The notes beneath the pieces were generated by a model, which worked only from the letters and a program-made list of their open reading frames with translations, was not told where the DNA came from and searched no databases. A stretch of 64,000 nucleotides of DNA, taken from assembly GCA_977030845.1 (NCBI GenBank), contig OZ365112.1, positions 17,112,001 through 17,176,000 on the forward strand. The letters run 5' to 3'. Positions 14,936 through 28,900 of this stretch are shown here, one piece after another. The translations under genes were made by a program, and so were the position numbers. The stretch comes from Fimbriosthenelais zetlandica (lineage: Eukaryota). How positions within the stretch are numbered: position 1 is the first letter of the stretch; every line of letters starts with the position of its first letter.

Positions 14936-16304
14936 CTGAAGAAGGACGATCGGAGTATCTTGTGCAGTAGACCCATGCGGGCCAGACCATGGGGTCTTTA
15001 CCGTCTGCCTTGGTTTTACTGTCTTTAGCCGTGCTGGAGGCAGCAGTTCGATGAGGAGGCGCGCCTGGAGAATGGAGGGAACGGGCGTCAGAATTGTTTT
15101 GTGATGCTGAAGATGAGGAAGGTGATTTGTAGGTGGGCGAACCGGCAGATGATGAGGTGATACTGGAGCAAGCACCTGGAGAAACTGGTCCCGTGGAGGA
15201 GGAGGACGAGGACCCACAGTTACTGGTGAGACCAGGTGAACGAGCACCGGGAATACTGGAGGAGGCAGGAGTAGATGATAGAGTCTCTGGTGGTGATCTG
15301 GAGTGTTTTTGGCGGTGATTATTGGAGATTTGATGATGGTGGGAGTAGGGATGGTGTCTGGAGGATTTACTCAGGTTAGTAGGAGGACTTGGTCCTTCTC
15401 TCAAGGCCGGGTTGGGGTATATAAACCTGGCAGATAGTGAAGGGATGGACGTAGGACTGTGGGGGGAACGCTGTGAATGGTGGTGGTGATGAGGATGGGA
15501 AGTATGTGCAGGATGGGGAGCCAGGGACTGTGGATGGTAGGGGGTAAAACTACTACGATGACTGTGATTTAATGTACGTGATAAATACTGAGACTGATGT
15601 TGGGATGGATGAAGCGGATGTTGCTGTTGATGAGTGCTGTTTCTGTGTTGCAATAAATATTTGTGTCCATGCACTAAATGGTCAATACCATGGGGGCTGT
15701 TTATGGAGCTGTTTTTACTTGTTACAGAGCTCTTATTGTTATTATTGCCTTTTATCAAATTGACCACATCCAGTGGTCGTGATTTACATTCCTTCTTCAC
15801 ACTGGATGGTTGCGTTAAGTTCCCAAATCCAGGTTTAAGGATGGCATCAATGGAGAAATTGGTGAGTTTGACTGGGGTGGGGAGTACGGCGGGGACTAGG
15901 CCTGGGTTCTGGCGGACCTCCTGGCGCGGGGAGCCGGCCGAGGAAGCCGGCGACGCTCTGTCTTTCGGTGACCTCGCGTCCAAATTCCCCTCCGTCGGCT
16001 CAGGAGTCCGGCGATGAGGCTCAGGGGAAGTCGGAGATAGTGGAGGAGAGGCGGCGGAGGATGAGGACGGGTGAGAGGCGGTGTGAAGAACGGAGACAGT
16101 TAAGGTGGCTTCAGTGGTGTGATCTGCATGGATAGAGGTGTCACTGGAGGAGGAATGGGAAGAGTCAGCATTGCTTACTGGAGACGCTGGAGGATCGTCA
16201 TCACGGCCTGGAGACAAAGGCTGGGAACAACACCTGGAGGAAATGCCACCAACATTGACTGGTGAACCCACCGCTGTGGGGCGCTCTGCTTCAACTGTCA
16301 TCAT
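14936..16304 (-). CDS. en: Engrailed homeobox protein, exon 1 (456 codons + 1 nt); homeodomain exon not found in window
   Basis: The ORF encodes the EH1/Groucho-binding motif LTNFSIDAILKPGFG (15822-15866) and EH2 MVWPAWVYCTRYSDRPSSG (14936-14990). EH2 is followed by the donor G|gtgagt at the phase-1 position conserved in engrailed genes. Start taken as ATGATG at 16304, because the ORF track begins at a non-ATG codon. A by-eye search of 1-14935 found no RPRTAF or WFQNKRAK coding sequence. Confidence 0.95.
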
Positions 16305-16839
16305 TTTGCTAGCATAATAGGACAGCAATAAATGAATGACAGTAACTGTTACAGGATGTAACAATTTCACTATATCAATATAGAGTCAATGATGAGAAAA
16401 TACCAATGCTTGTATGTTTTGATATTATATCGATGTAAAATATCAAAAGTCCACTCTTCCTGCTAATAATTCCTGCTATGCCAGGTGATATAACTGGCAG
16501 TCCTTGAAAAAAAATCTTCACAGTCTTTTAATATGCTGCTCACAATGTTATTTTATCCATGGATCAATTCCCCAGCTGTGGCAATATTCCTGAGTTGTCA
16601 ACACTTGGATTTGTCATAGGCAAACACTTGAGTCAAGTCGTAACACTCCAGCAACACTTGTGGTCAAGATGCAGGCTCACTCAAATACTAAATGTGAACA
16701 GTTCAGTTTCACTGGTTGAAATCCCACTCAATGTATAGAGTGATTATCGTATGAGAAGTGTAGAGAATAATGTTGGAGCTCTTCTGAAGTTTGCTGTCTC
16801 TGCTTCTAACCACATGAGTAGACAAGAAGCAAGTCTGTC

Positions 16840-17130
16840 CTCCTCCTCCCCACCACAGAGATCATATACATTTTACCCACTCTCTGGGTGGGCATGACGT
16901 CACTTGGTTGTCGACCAATGAGAGTGAAGCAGAGCCTATGATAGGCGAGCGATCCCTTAGAGCGTGGATGGGTCGGGAACCCATTAAGTCAGAGATGGGG
17001 ATTTGGGCGGCGGTTTTCTTTATCTCTCAATGCTGGTGATGGGGGAGATGGTGGTGGTAGCTGTGGAGATAGCCATGGTGGGTAAGGGGGAGGAGTCTGC
17101 TGACTTAATTAGCGTCACGTGACTGGGTAT
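16840..17130 (-). promoter_or_regulatory. Probable engrailed proximal promoter
   Basis: Lies 550-800 bp upstream of the ATG. Contains a TATA-like TATATGAT on the minus strand (16861-16868), a CRE palindrome TGACGTCA (16895-16902), CCAAT (16915-16919), TTAATTAG (17105-17112) and an E-box palindrome GTCACGTGAC (17114-17123). The transcription start is inferred, not observed. Confidence 0.5.
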
Positions 17131-20100
17131 TTAACCATATATCGGGGTAGCGGCATCCAATCAGGGAGGTCTGATAATTGAAGGGAAACTCTCAGATGTT
17201 CTTTACCCCGCGCGACCTGATAAAATAAATGCCTCAGGGTAAAGAGGAGATGGAATATTAAATATTTCACTCTCATTACAGGCCGATACATATGTTAGAC
17301 GAAGGGTTGGAACAAAAGACATAGCAGACATGAAAAGTTAATAACAGTATTCTAACAGAACGCCACAGAAGCATAGATGACCTCTTGCTTGCGACACAAT
17401 GCACTTTACAAAGCTCTTCCTCGAGGAATGGCGAAGCAAATTTAATGCATTTGGCAAAGCAAATTCATAGACTGTTAAGAGGTAGTTTCATCAAAAGTTG
17501 CTACGTGAAAACAGTATCGTTGGGCCTATTATAGTAATACTTATAACCAGTACAGGCGTATACCTCAGACAGTGAATGAATTTGGAAGAGAGCAGTGAAA
17601 TAAGGGAGCAATGTTCAAACAGAATAGTGGTACAGGAACCAACTATATCAAACCTCAACCCGTCACTGATGCAATTGGTGGCAGAAGTATGGGTTAAGTA
17701 GAGGCTTGACGGAGTGAGATGATCTTGCCAACAGATCAATTACAGGATGAGCTGCGTTTGGTTTTGGGATAAAAATGACATTTTGCTAGCTCCCTTTTCC
17801 CCTCTCCTCTAATCTGCGCAAACAGAGGGCGAGCGCGGACAAACAGACGCGGGGTTTGGTGAACACAGTTAGTTAAAGCTCCACTAGAGGGAAGCACAGG
17901 AGTGGCTCTACCAAAAGCAAACCTGGAAAACTTTTTCTCTGATGCTATCATACAGCAAAAGAACAGCAATCTGATATGAATGGAAGCGAAATTATGATCT
18001 AATGGCCCATTACAAATACCGAGTATTAGTATTATGCAATTAACGATTATCCCACAATATGTACTATAAACTCGGCATTATACCTGAAAAGGAAATGAAA
18101 TAAATGTCATCAGCATGGATGTAGATGGCTTCTTTGGTTCACAGAGAAACAAATTACGAAAATTCAAGGTGATCATTTATGTTAATCAAGTAATCTATGA
18201 AGTTATTTAGTGCACATTCTTTCACGCAAAGCCCTGCTGTTGCCGTGCAACACGGAGTCCATGAGACCAGTAGCTTTTCAAGCGAAACAAAGCCGCATGC
18301 GTGGATATACACATTATGTTCCTTATGAAGACACAGGGAAGACACCACATATGTTCTCCAGTGACAAGACACATTAATAATATCTGAGCGCAATACAAGT
18401 CTCCATTCTCCCTCTCTACCTTCAGCTCTGCCATTGCTTTGTCCCCCAGTTTCAAGCATCAAAGAAGCCATCCCTTTATACCCCAGGACCGTCTTGAGGA
18501 CGCTCCCCTACCAAACTCCCTGGACCTTGATAAATAGCAGACATTATGGTCCACTGTCATAATAGCTTGACAGTGATGACACATACTCATGGACCCAGCC
18601 ATGGGTTTGAGACTGAAATGAGTGACCCTCCCTAAAGTGACCTTTGCCCTGGGGACTGTAAGTTGATTTAGAGTTGCCCATGTCTCTATGTGTCGCACCT
18701 GCATTAGGATAATATGCTATTGTGACCCGCGGGTGTTTGGAAACATCCCATTGTGGTTTCAACCCCATGTCAATCTGCCCCCTCACAAAATAAAGGTTTT
18801 GATTCATGGTTGAGTGTCTGTGTGTGGAATAAGTTAGGGGAGCCATGCGAATGCATGTGACTGGTGTATTATGTAGAGGGATGAGTTATTGATTGCAAGT
18901 CATCACAATGAGGCTAAGAGGGGACCGTTTAGGGGATATTTGCCTTGGATAATGAGGCATCTATAATGAATTAATACTAACGTTCAGTCGGGCATTATAA
19001 TTGTTAATTACTCCACACTTACTCACTCTGTCTATTCACTGACATTAAGACAGACTCAATCCCTACTCTGACATCACAAACTACCCTAGATTGTTGGACT
19101 CATTCTGTGTGATCGTGGGGTATAATATTCTAAAGGGAATTTATAAGGTAACCAATCAGCAATATGATATAGGCTATTCCGGAAGTCAAGTTCTGAATTT
19201 GTAGTAGTAGGCCTAATTAAAATGTAAAATCCTACATGAGAAAACTTGTATATATGTTTACCAATCAATGATAAAGTGTTAGAGAAGACCTTCAAAGCAG
19301 AATACTTGGCTTCAGTCATGAAGCTCTCATGTTGAGAATGCTTTGTGGAGAGAGTTCGATTACCTCGAGTTTATCACACTCAACTACCAGTCACCACTGC
19401 TCTACCCATTCCAATCAAACCTGTCAAGGCACGCGAGCATCTCAAAATAAGAAAATTGCACATTTCCCCCATTTGCTCCACGGGGGGTGTCATGAAAAGC
19501 GGACGCCTCGGTGGGGACAACTGTCAAAAATGTCGCATTGTCCATTTCAGCAATCTACAAGCGCAGAACCGATGATTTATCGGGTGCCGTGGGAATTCTG
19601 CCTCCGTCAGGCTTATGTCATTTTCAATTTGTATTTCTTGGACCAGTGATTTAGGAATGGGAGTGACGAGTGGCGGGAAGCCGAGGGCCAAATTATGGGA
19701 GTCCACATGATGTGGTGTGAAGTCAAGGTCAAAAGTGACCAATGGTCTGAACAGAAGTAAAGCCTTATTTTGCCATATATTTAGCCCTTGCTCCCGCTAA
19801 CTCCATTTTCAATTTGAATTCAATTTATGGTTGTCCGAGGGGCCATCAACTGGGGCACGAATATGAAAAGACTGATTTGTCAGTCATTTTCAATGAAAAA
19901 TCAAAATACCTCGGTAAGTCTACCATCATTTTCTCGCCATCTGCAGATTTTTCATCTTCATGACATTTATAAACTTCGATGAATAATTTTGCATATCAGC
20001 CATCACATCAGTCTATCCAATTTAGATCATAACATTTGCAGTCTGCTGACTAGAGACCAAAACAAAGGAATATGACGTTGCTTGGTTGCACGTCAGCACG

Positions 20101-20544
20101 GACCAACATGTGCCGGAAATGACACGGAAATGAAGTGACACTGCCCCGCCGTGCGCAACACCCTTAACAGACGCTCCTCTGGACGGCCAATAGACCTTAA
20201 TAGGTCTGTCTCGGATATCAGTGGATGTTGTATTAGTGCTAATCATCCATTGTTATTGGCCCTCTCACAATTTGGAGAGAAAGCGAACAATGGTTAGGCT
20301 AGTTAATTAGTCGCTGGAGTGGGGATGGCAACAGCGTTAATTAGCAAAGTGGCTGGTGGGCGGTTTGTTAGTAGTATATGTATTAGGAGATTTTACGCAA
20401 CTCCAGTGAGTACCCATGACAGTGGCTTATATTTCAGATCTTTCTTATTTATGATCATTACGGGATCGGCTGAGCCGGTGTAACTTTCATTAGTTTTGGG
20501 CGTTACTGGCATGATTAATTAGCCGTCCAAAACTTAATATTATC

Positions 20545-20660
20545 ATGTATTCTGCAATGATTTCACTTCGTTTTGTTCATTTAATAATGATAAATAAGTT
20601 CATGCTATCTACTTACAATCTAAAAAAGCCTTTGATACGGTTTAAAGACTATACTTGACA
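20545..20660 (+). mobile_element. Decayed non-LTR retrotransposon (CR1/L2-like) reverse transcriptase fragment
   Basis: Translates to FNNDK*VHAIYLQSKKAFDTV*, matching the RT motif (V)xAIYLDxxKAFDxV with in-frame stops. Confidence 0.55.
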
Positions 20661-23600
20661 ACACATAATGCAAAATAACAAGTGTATAAGGCAAGACTCC
20701 AGGGGAAGGGACAGTAATGTGTGGGATTCCCCAAGGCACCATGTTTCTATACTTTTGGGGGCCAACATCCTATGAATATTTCCAATGTGGCTGCCATGGA
20801 GAAATATTGACCAAAAAATCTCAAAAAAGTGAAGGTAGGCCTATATAATCTTATCGCAATTAAGGTGAACACAGAATTGAGTGGCACAGAGAGATTCTCT
20901 TGATGAAAACAGAATAAGGGAAGGCGGAAATGTAATAATAGGTATTGATGGCGCTTTGTTGTTGCCATATCAACAGATGAGCAGATAATGAGCATTTCGA
21001 TCACTTCCCACAGAAACAGATGTTTACCCACCGCCTCCAACAAATTATGACATGTTGTATGCGCCGCGACGCCAATTGAAGTCGGCTTGAATTACACACA
21101 TATCATTATTAGCCGATTCGTCGCCGATTTACTGAGAGCAGTTCTAGGAAATGGATCACTCCTCCTGCCTTTAATTAAGTGCTTTTATTCACTTATCCCT
21201 CTGGCTTGATTGTGGTCGGGGAAGGAAATCGTGCTGGCTGCTCTGAAATTAACAGCGCCCACGAGAGAGAAGGAGAGGCGGTGATGAAAATAACATAGGA
21301 GCCAGGGCGTCCTTATTGAATTACATTCAGATTTACTGTGTCCATTTGCGAGGGGCTTAATAAGCGCTCTCTTCGCTCACTTCATGGTCTCCAAATTATG
21401 GACCTCATGATTGCCTTAATACCCATCAAGGTAAACAAAGCATTGGATGGTTAATACTAATAGCAGTCGATTACAGATGATCCCTGGACGAGGAGGAGTC
21501 CTTGTGAGCCATTTTGTAGGCTGGAAAGAGCCCCACAGCATGTGTTCTTCAATGATTTCTCTTTATGGTCGCAATTAGGCTGAAATGAACGAAGCGATGC
21601 GGTAATAGGGGGAAAGTGATGGATGGGAAAAGAACACATTTTTATAATAATTACCCCTGGTAATTACTGATTAAATAATGTAGCGAGAGGATGCTGCAAT
21701 CAGTGGAAGGATCCCACTGGGTATTTAGTCCACCCATGTTGACGATCCAACACTAATAGGCTCCTATACCATCCCCCTCTCATCCCCCACAAGCCCACCC
21801 AATACTGATAACCCCTCGGTGTAGATTTCAATAGAGGCACATTTCAGCTAAATGAACATGCGTGAATAGCGCGTTGCAATGATTGATAATCTGTCTCTAT
21901 TTGGCCGAAATTGGTCTCGAAAATTGACGCAGAGCCGGACAAAAAGCTAATAAGTTCCGCCCTCAATGACCACGGTCCGTGCCTCTGATAAGGCGACCCG
22001 GGCGCGATGTCCATTTGGCTGTGAATGTGCCAGTGAAAGGGACATGATAGGGAGGCGGCAGGGGAGCCAGGAGAAGATGCGCTACAGATCAAAGGAAAGT
22101 GTGATAATTACCGACAGAAATCAACACACAATTTGGTGTGAGTCAAGGCCTGGCGGTGGTCGCCTGACGCCCGGTGCTCGGGAGATAGGATTCACTGGCT
22201 CTGTGGGCTGGGATCCCAATGCTGAGAGCAGAAATCAATTAGCCGGTGAGGACGCGGAGAGGAGGCAGATAGAGGAGAGGGTGAGGATTTGGGGAGGGCG
22301 CATAACTCGCTGGCCGCTCACGAGCCACCAGCTCCCGAGGGATGATTCGTCTGTATCAAGAATGATACATAGTGTGAAGGAAGGTTGTAGCCAGAAGAGT
22401 CAGGTGTGATATATGAAATAAAACTATTTAATAGGCCCTACTTAAACGAAATGGAAAAAAAACTTTATAAAAATAAAATTCCAACCATATGATATCACTT
22501 TCTGATTGATGAAAAATATTACATTTAGGACTACGTTCACACGAGTACGACGTATACTGTCATGAGAAATTAGGTATTAGATCTATCCCTGAAGCAACAA
22601 CAAAATGTAATACTAAGATATTATTTGTCATTAATTACCCATCTGTTGTGGTCTGACGTAACTAGGTATTAATAAATTAAAAATAACTACAGGTGTAAGA
22701 TTCCGGACATGGCATAAAAAAGGAGCACATCTTCAACAGTTCCTCGTATTGGGAGGGTAAATGTATATGTGGTTGCGCATAATTTGGATGACTTTTTCAT
22801 TTCTAAGTCGATAATTCACGAGTAACAAAGTTCCCTTTCTCCGAAGCCTTAAACAGACCTTACGTCATGGAAGGGGAAAAACCAGGGAGATGGGAGTGAG
22901 GAAGGAACCTAGCCATGGCAGCATACATGTTGCCACGTACGGTGCATCCAAAATGCATGTTACTTATAGGTTGCATATCTCTGTAGCTATTAGAGGCATG
23001 ATATTCAAATATGGAACCCATTAACTAGAGACTATATGCAAAATGTTTATATAGGAGATTTGACCGTTTCTGGAGGTCAAGGTTAAACCTGGGTATGGAT
23101 AAAAAAGTAAAAGTTTTACTTCTCAGGAATGCTCGTATTTAGCTGACCTTGACCTTTAACCCTGCAGTTTGTAATTCTTGCTGAGACTGGCATAAGGCAG
23201 TTTCGTATCCGTTAGAGTCAGAGGAACGAAATGTATTATGGCAACCTAGCTTTAGCCTAATATTAATTTTTGGTAGGCCTAATGGGTGCATCCCCTTCTG
23301 AGCGCCTCTGCATGCTGCAGCATACATGTCAGCTGATGACACGTATATTTGTTATTGTTTATCCTGATTTAACCTAACTTTAACAAGAGTGATTCCCGGA
23401 ATCACCTGATGAAGATATACCTCATATTGCTCCAGTAAACCCAACTAACTTTAATGCAACAGCAAATTTAAGCTTTGTGGACATGTATACCTAAACCTAC
23501 AAGCCTGAGAGGAGCATGATGCCCCACACTATAACACAGGTGCATGTATAGTACAGACTTGATGTATGTACCTGTGTATACCTGACTCCATGCCCAATCC

Positions 23601-25789
23601 ACGGCCGCCTAGTCACAGAATACATAACGGAATGTGGTCATACTAAAAGAGATAGATGATGCGTTAAACCGTCTATCCCAAACCTCCCCTCCTAACCTTC
23701 CAAACCACACTCAGCAACACCCCACAACCAGGCCACTTGGGTGGTCGCAATCCACACATGGTCTTCATGAAACCTTCATCCCATAGGTGGATAAATCTAG
23801 AGAAGTCCGTGTGATATGGGATAGAGAGTGAGATGCGTCAGGCACGTTCCCTGTGAAAGAATAAAGAAGCTAAATGGGATGTTGTGTCTGTAGCTATATG
23901 AGGATGTATATATAATAGGACTTGGGTCATTTACATTAGCGTTGTTTCCCTATGCCCTGGTGCTAACGAGATAGGAATGAAAAGGACAGATGTCATCCTC
24001 GGCTAGCCCTCGGGGTCAGCAGCTGACCACTGATGTCCGTGATGGGTGGGTTGCTTGGTTCTTGAGAGTGCACGGGCGAATACTTGCCCATTAGCTACCG
24101 TGCATAAGCTAATGTGACTTCTCGAGAGCCAACATTGCTCCCACTTGAACTTGCCTTGGATTTTTAATTGATATTTCAAAGAAGATGAAATAGATACGTT
24201 ACTGAATGCAAACAACAGTAACTGATGGGATACGAACATTCATCCATGTTATATAGACACAAGAACTGCATGTAACATTTATCTTAATATGTAACACCCA
24301 TCAAATAATTTCACGTGAAGCTTTCATTGTTTCATCCAGATCGACATAGGTCAATATCAATGAAGCCATGTTAAAGAGGTATATATATTAAGTACATAAT
24401 ACATATGGATATATCTTCTTTTCTTCGCTCTCAATAAAAAATGTGAAGTGCACTAAAATTTTGTGCTCAGGTTTGAGGAGCAGTTTGACAGGCAAAGCGT
24501 CATAGACGAGACATCATATTTAAAGGTTTCTGAATCTTTAGTAGGCCTACTTATTCAAGTATTGTTAAGTGTAATTTGGAGGACACTCGAGAACAACAAA
24601 CTATTAACTCAGGGAAGAAGCAAGTTATGGCAAAATGCCCATAAATGAGTAGAGTTAGCTAACCATCAATAACAAGGCACACTTTAAATAACCCAGACCT
24701 TATCTATAGCACAACATCCATGAATACAATATACTGACGCGTGACATATGGATTGAGATGCAAATAGTATGCACATCAATATACGGAGATTGAAAGCTCC
24801 CTCATCTGAACGCCTCACCTGTCAATTGATATGTAACTGACTGAATATCAGAGGGAGTAAATGTGAACTGTTTATATTTAGATTGAATGCTTTATCTTTA
24901 CGAACCATCACAGTTTACCACAAAGTATTTCACATCCAGCCTATTGATTCAATTTGAACTCTAAATCCTCAAAACCTGCCAATAATCAGGTTAAAAATTC
25001 GCATATTTTGCATAATGCCATCCGGATTGTGTACTTTTTTCCAAAAACCACTCCGAAATACAGACCAATAAAATCATTACTAAGAATGAAGATGGTCCAA
25101 GATGTCCGGGTGTATCAGAAGTGGACATAATTCACCCACTTTTTATGCAAATAAAATGCACATATTAAATTGCCTACTTAAAGTAGAGGACCATAACAGG
25201 TCCATAAGAGATGGACACCACCTCCTCCCTAGGATCAGATATATCTCCTGAGAATAGAGCACCGAGGTTAGGGTTAATTAAATTCTGAGATAGGTTCTAT
25301 GTTGGAAGGACAATTGCCTATCAGGAGCAAAGGTCAATCCAGTGAAATGAACACTCAAGACATTGGTCAGTTTTCTGTCATTCAAATTGACCTGCGCTGC
25401 AGGAGGGGAGAAGCACCATAACAATGCCACATACCCAAGTATATTGGCCTCTCGTTTACAGCCCTACTGCATCCTGATTTGCCTCCTAAAGTCGGACATA
25501 AACTAATTTTCTTGGTTCCACAAGCCCACCTGGATCACCTAACTAATGATCGTATAAAATCATTACCAAAGATATCGCTGGTACAATGGGAATCCCTGTG
25601 GTGCATTGTGCTCGCCTGAAATGGCCATACCAAATTGAAATAGACAATCTTTATAGGTCCTAATGGAGGAAGGCTCGTTAGCTGAGGCAGTATGTCACAT
25701 CGGGTATGTCCATTACTGATTCCTCTGCCGGTGATACGATACCAACTATCACTCTCTCTATGGGTCCGATTTACATGTCCATCACAAAG

Positions 25790-25960
25790 ACACAATGATC
25801 CACTTAAAATATATCCTTAATAGACCCAGGTCTCTCACCGTCTCTCAAATATATAGCTTCAAAACACCCACAAAGCTCCATGACATTCAATGATCTCAAA
25901 GCATAAACATTCCATGCTATACAGTTCAGGAATCTATATGCTTGCTGTTTACCACAAAAG
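25790..25960 (-). mobile_element. Possible decayed LINE apurinic-like endonuclease N-terminus
   Basis: LNCIAWNVYALRS, then FEAIYL, then (after a frameshift) ETW..GY, resembling xWNVxGLR...DIIxLxETW of LINE endonucleases. Confidence 0.35.
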
Positions 25961-28900
25961 CATACACGGTATTGAATACTATTATAGGTAAATGCTTTTA
26001 GGATACTAAATAGGGTTGACTTTCTTGGATAAAAGCATTGGCGGGGTGAGTGAGGAGATGGAGAAGTAGGGTGTACTCTACCTGACCCCATGGCTTGGAT
26101 TGGCCTCTGATGTCCTTCAGTCTCGCTGCTCACCAACTGCGAAGATTCAATTACTAATTCACAGAGGCTCTCTGACTGCATAAACTCAGTGTAAATGAGC
26201 CATGTTAGAGAACACTCCTAAAGTTTATCAACATTCTGCGATCCCAAAAAGTCGAATGCATATGCGTGCGGTGTGCCTATAATTATGTGTATCAACAACT
26301 GGTCCCCAATACGTGGAGTCAGGATTGTCAACACATTTGTTCAAGATATTAGAAGAAAGGTATTCTTGGATGTCTGACTTTCCACTGAGACGTAAATGTG
26401 AACAATCTTGGTAGATTGGCCATTACTTACAATAGCTATGATACCATCAGCAGCATGTGTTCTTTTCATGGATAAATGATTGCCTAAAATGACCTTCTTA
26501 AAGGTCCCTGCACGATGAAATATTCATCGAGAGCCATCAAGAACAATTCTCGCTTTCAGTATAATTACAATAATGTAAACTGTTGTTCATATATGCTACA
26601 TGTGTAGCAAAGGTCTATAGCTACACATGCATAGAGACCATTGTTCTTTTGGTCTATATGTCTCTCAGAGGGGAGTAGTGGAAGAAAAACTTATCAATCT
26701 TAAATCATAATAGATTACCAGCGTGAGAACCTAACCTCTCACCCGTTGGACACTTTAAAAGACCAGTACACCTTGAAAACCAGATTAATGACCAAGTTTA
26801 AATGAAGACCAACAGGGCTATGTCTATTTCAGGCGGCATCTTTTGATGAGCTCCTCTCATAGTCACCTCCCAATAAATATATCAAAACGGTGCTTTCAAT
26901 TTCTAGGGCCTATTTCCGCAAGAAAGACGGAGAATGAGGCAGTGGGCGCATCTCCATGTGGGGCCCAGTCACCGGTCACTATTGGGCAGATAAGTAAGCG
27001 GCAGAGGTCTCACAGAAAGGTTTCTGGAGTATAAAATTAATTGTCATTCATTTATTAACCTCTTAGCGTGTACATTTCCATCTGAACCTCGCCTATAGAA
27101 GCGTGCACCCACAATGGGACCATGCCCAGGTTTTGGTAAAGGCTCAGACCATGCCCACCGTGGGTGAGCTGGCCAGGTATTGTAGTCTATTTGGGGAGAG
27201 GACACTTGGACTGGCCATGCGAACAATGGATGACAACATGCTTGGTGATATAAATTAATCACACCTCATCCATTACCAACCAAGGTGCCCCTCGCCGGGT
27301 CAGGTAGGTTTCCATCATTCTACAAACATATAGCCTACCTTATACAAGGTACAGTTTTGTACCTTTAATTTAATCAAGAATAAGTGTCCATATGTATGCA
27401 TATATAATATGTACATGTAACAGACGACTGAAAATATGTTTCAGTTTTCTTTTATCCTATACAGTGTATAATATATATTAAACCCTAGGCCTATTAGGAC
27501 AGTGTAGTATTAATACCACACACGTGGTATTACTGAGTATAGATGACTATATAGTGATCATTGCCTTTTAGAGATGAGCACGGCCCAACCTTCAGATGCT
27601 TAACTAAGAGCTGACAACACTCTTAATTGTTTCTAACATATTTCATGTGTGCATGAGGCCATCCTCTAAAAACATGTCCATGGAGTGGCACTTAATCAAA
27701 GAAATCCTTTATATAGCGTTACTAAGGACTTTCTTGATCAAGCAGCTGGATCAATCACACATGCATCTTCCAGTGAAGACGTATATTTCCCAACTCTTAT
27801 TTATTTTACCATGGGAATGACTTATGCTAGCAGATGGTCGGCGTTCTCTATCTGAAAGGCCGAGTTTACACAAGCTCCAGGTAAAACAAATACACCATGA
27901 TTTAAAAATGATTAACTAAGGTTTCAGGAGGCAGTCACATCGGTGCCACATTCTCTCCCTATTGATCAGACTTTCTCCTCACGTAGTGAAGACATTAAGG
28001 GCCCACTTAGACCGACAAGAAGTCTCAAGACCATTTCTAGTTCACTACCACATTATTTGTCTCATTAACATCAGGGGAGGTAAATTTAGATACATCATAA
28101 TTGGATCCATGAAGGCATAAAGGTGGCCTCCCATAGACTTCTACATTCAGGTCTTTTTCAATTAAGTTAATTCTAATAGGAAGACGTATAGCAACATGCA
28201 TGAGTGGCCTTTATGCATATACGGCAATCAGTGTAAATCATGGAATTGTAGGGAGAACAAACATATAATTGGCAAGATTTTTCAATAAAGGCACATTGTA
28301 AATTGAATTATAATTTACTGTAAATGTGTTAGGATTGCTTTGAAGTTAAGGGAACTCATTGTTTTGGACATTAAATCAATCATCATGATATATTACTAGA
28401 GAATGCATAATAGATGGGAGAGCAAAGATTACACGTAACCTGCATGGGCAGATCTAGATCTATATCAGGGTATATAGAAACATCCTTAATTTAATCTCTG
28501 CAAATGCTCAATAATTACAATCCTGATCAATATATGCTTGGATATTGTTTGGTTCTTGCTTAGTAAAATTTTGAGGACTTCAGAAGATATTAACTGAACA
28601 TCTCTCTTGTTGCAGTCCATCTTACCCCACCCATGTCAGCTAGGTGGGAGGGATATGGTAGTGTTTATGTTACCCCTGGGCTGCTATATATTCCCATGCG
28701 CATGTATAATCTTGATGCCTATAGTTTGAGGTTCAATTCAGCGCTCAGACGATAAACACATTATATTAAAGCATTGGGAGTTGTATTAAAAGATCTATTG
28801 TTGCAATGCACCGGCGTTCATAAGAAAAGCGCCATTACTTCATTTCATGAAATACATGACATATGTTTTAGTCTAGTGTCTCTCTGTAGTGGCGCCGATG

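Noticed and set aside
14744-16017. ORFs 14744-15247, 15133-15318, 15572-15763 and 15634-16017
   Set aside because: Alternative-frame or antisense shadows of the GC-rich engrailed exon.
23738-23746. Perfect Gli/Ci site TGGGTGGTC upstream of engrailed
   Set aside because: A single 9-mer is plausible by chance in 64 kb, and it has no clustered partners.
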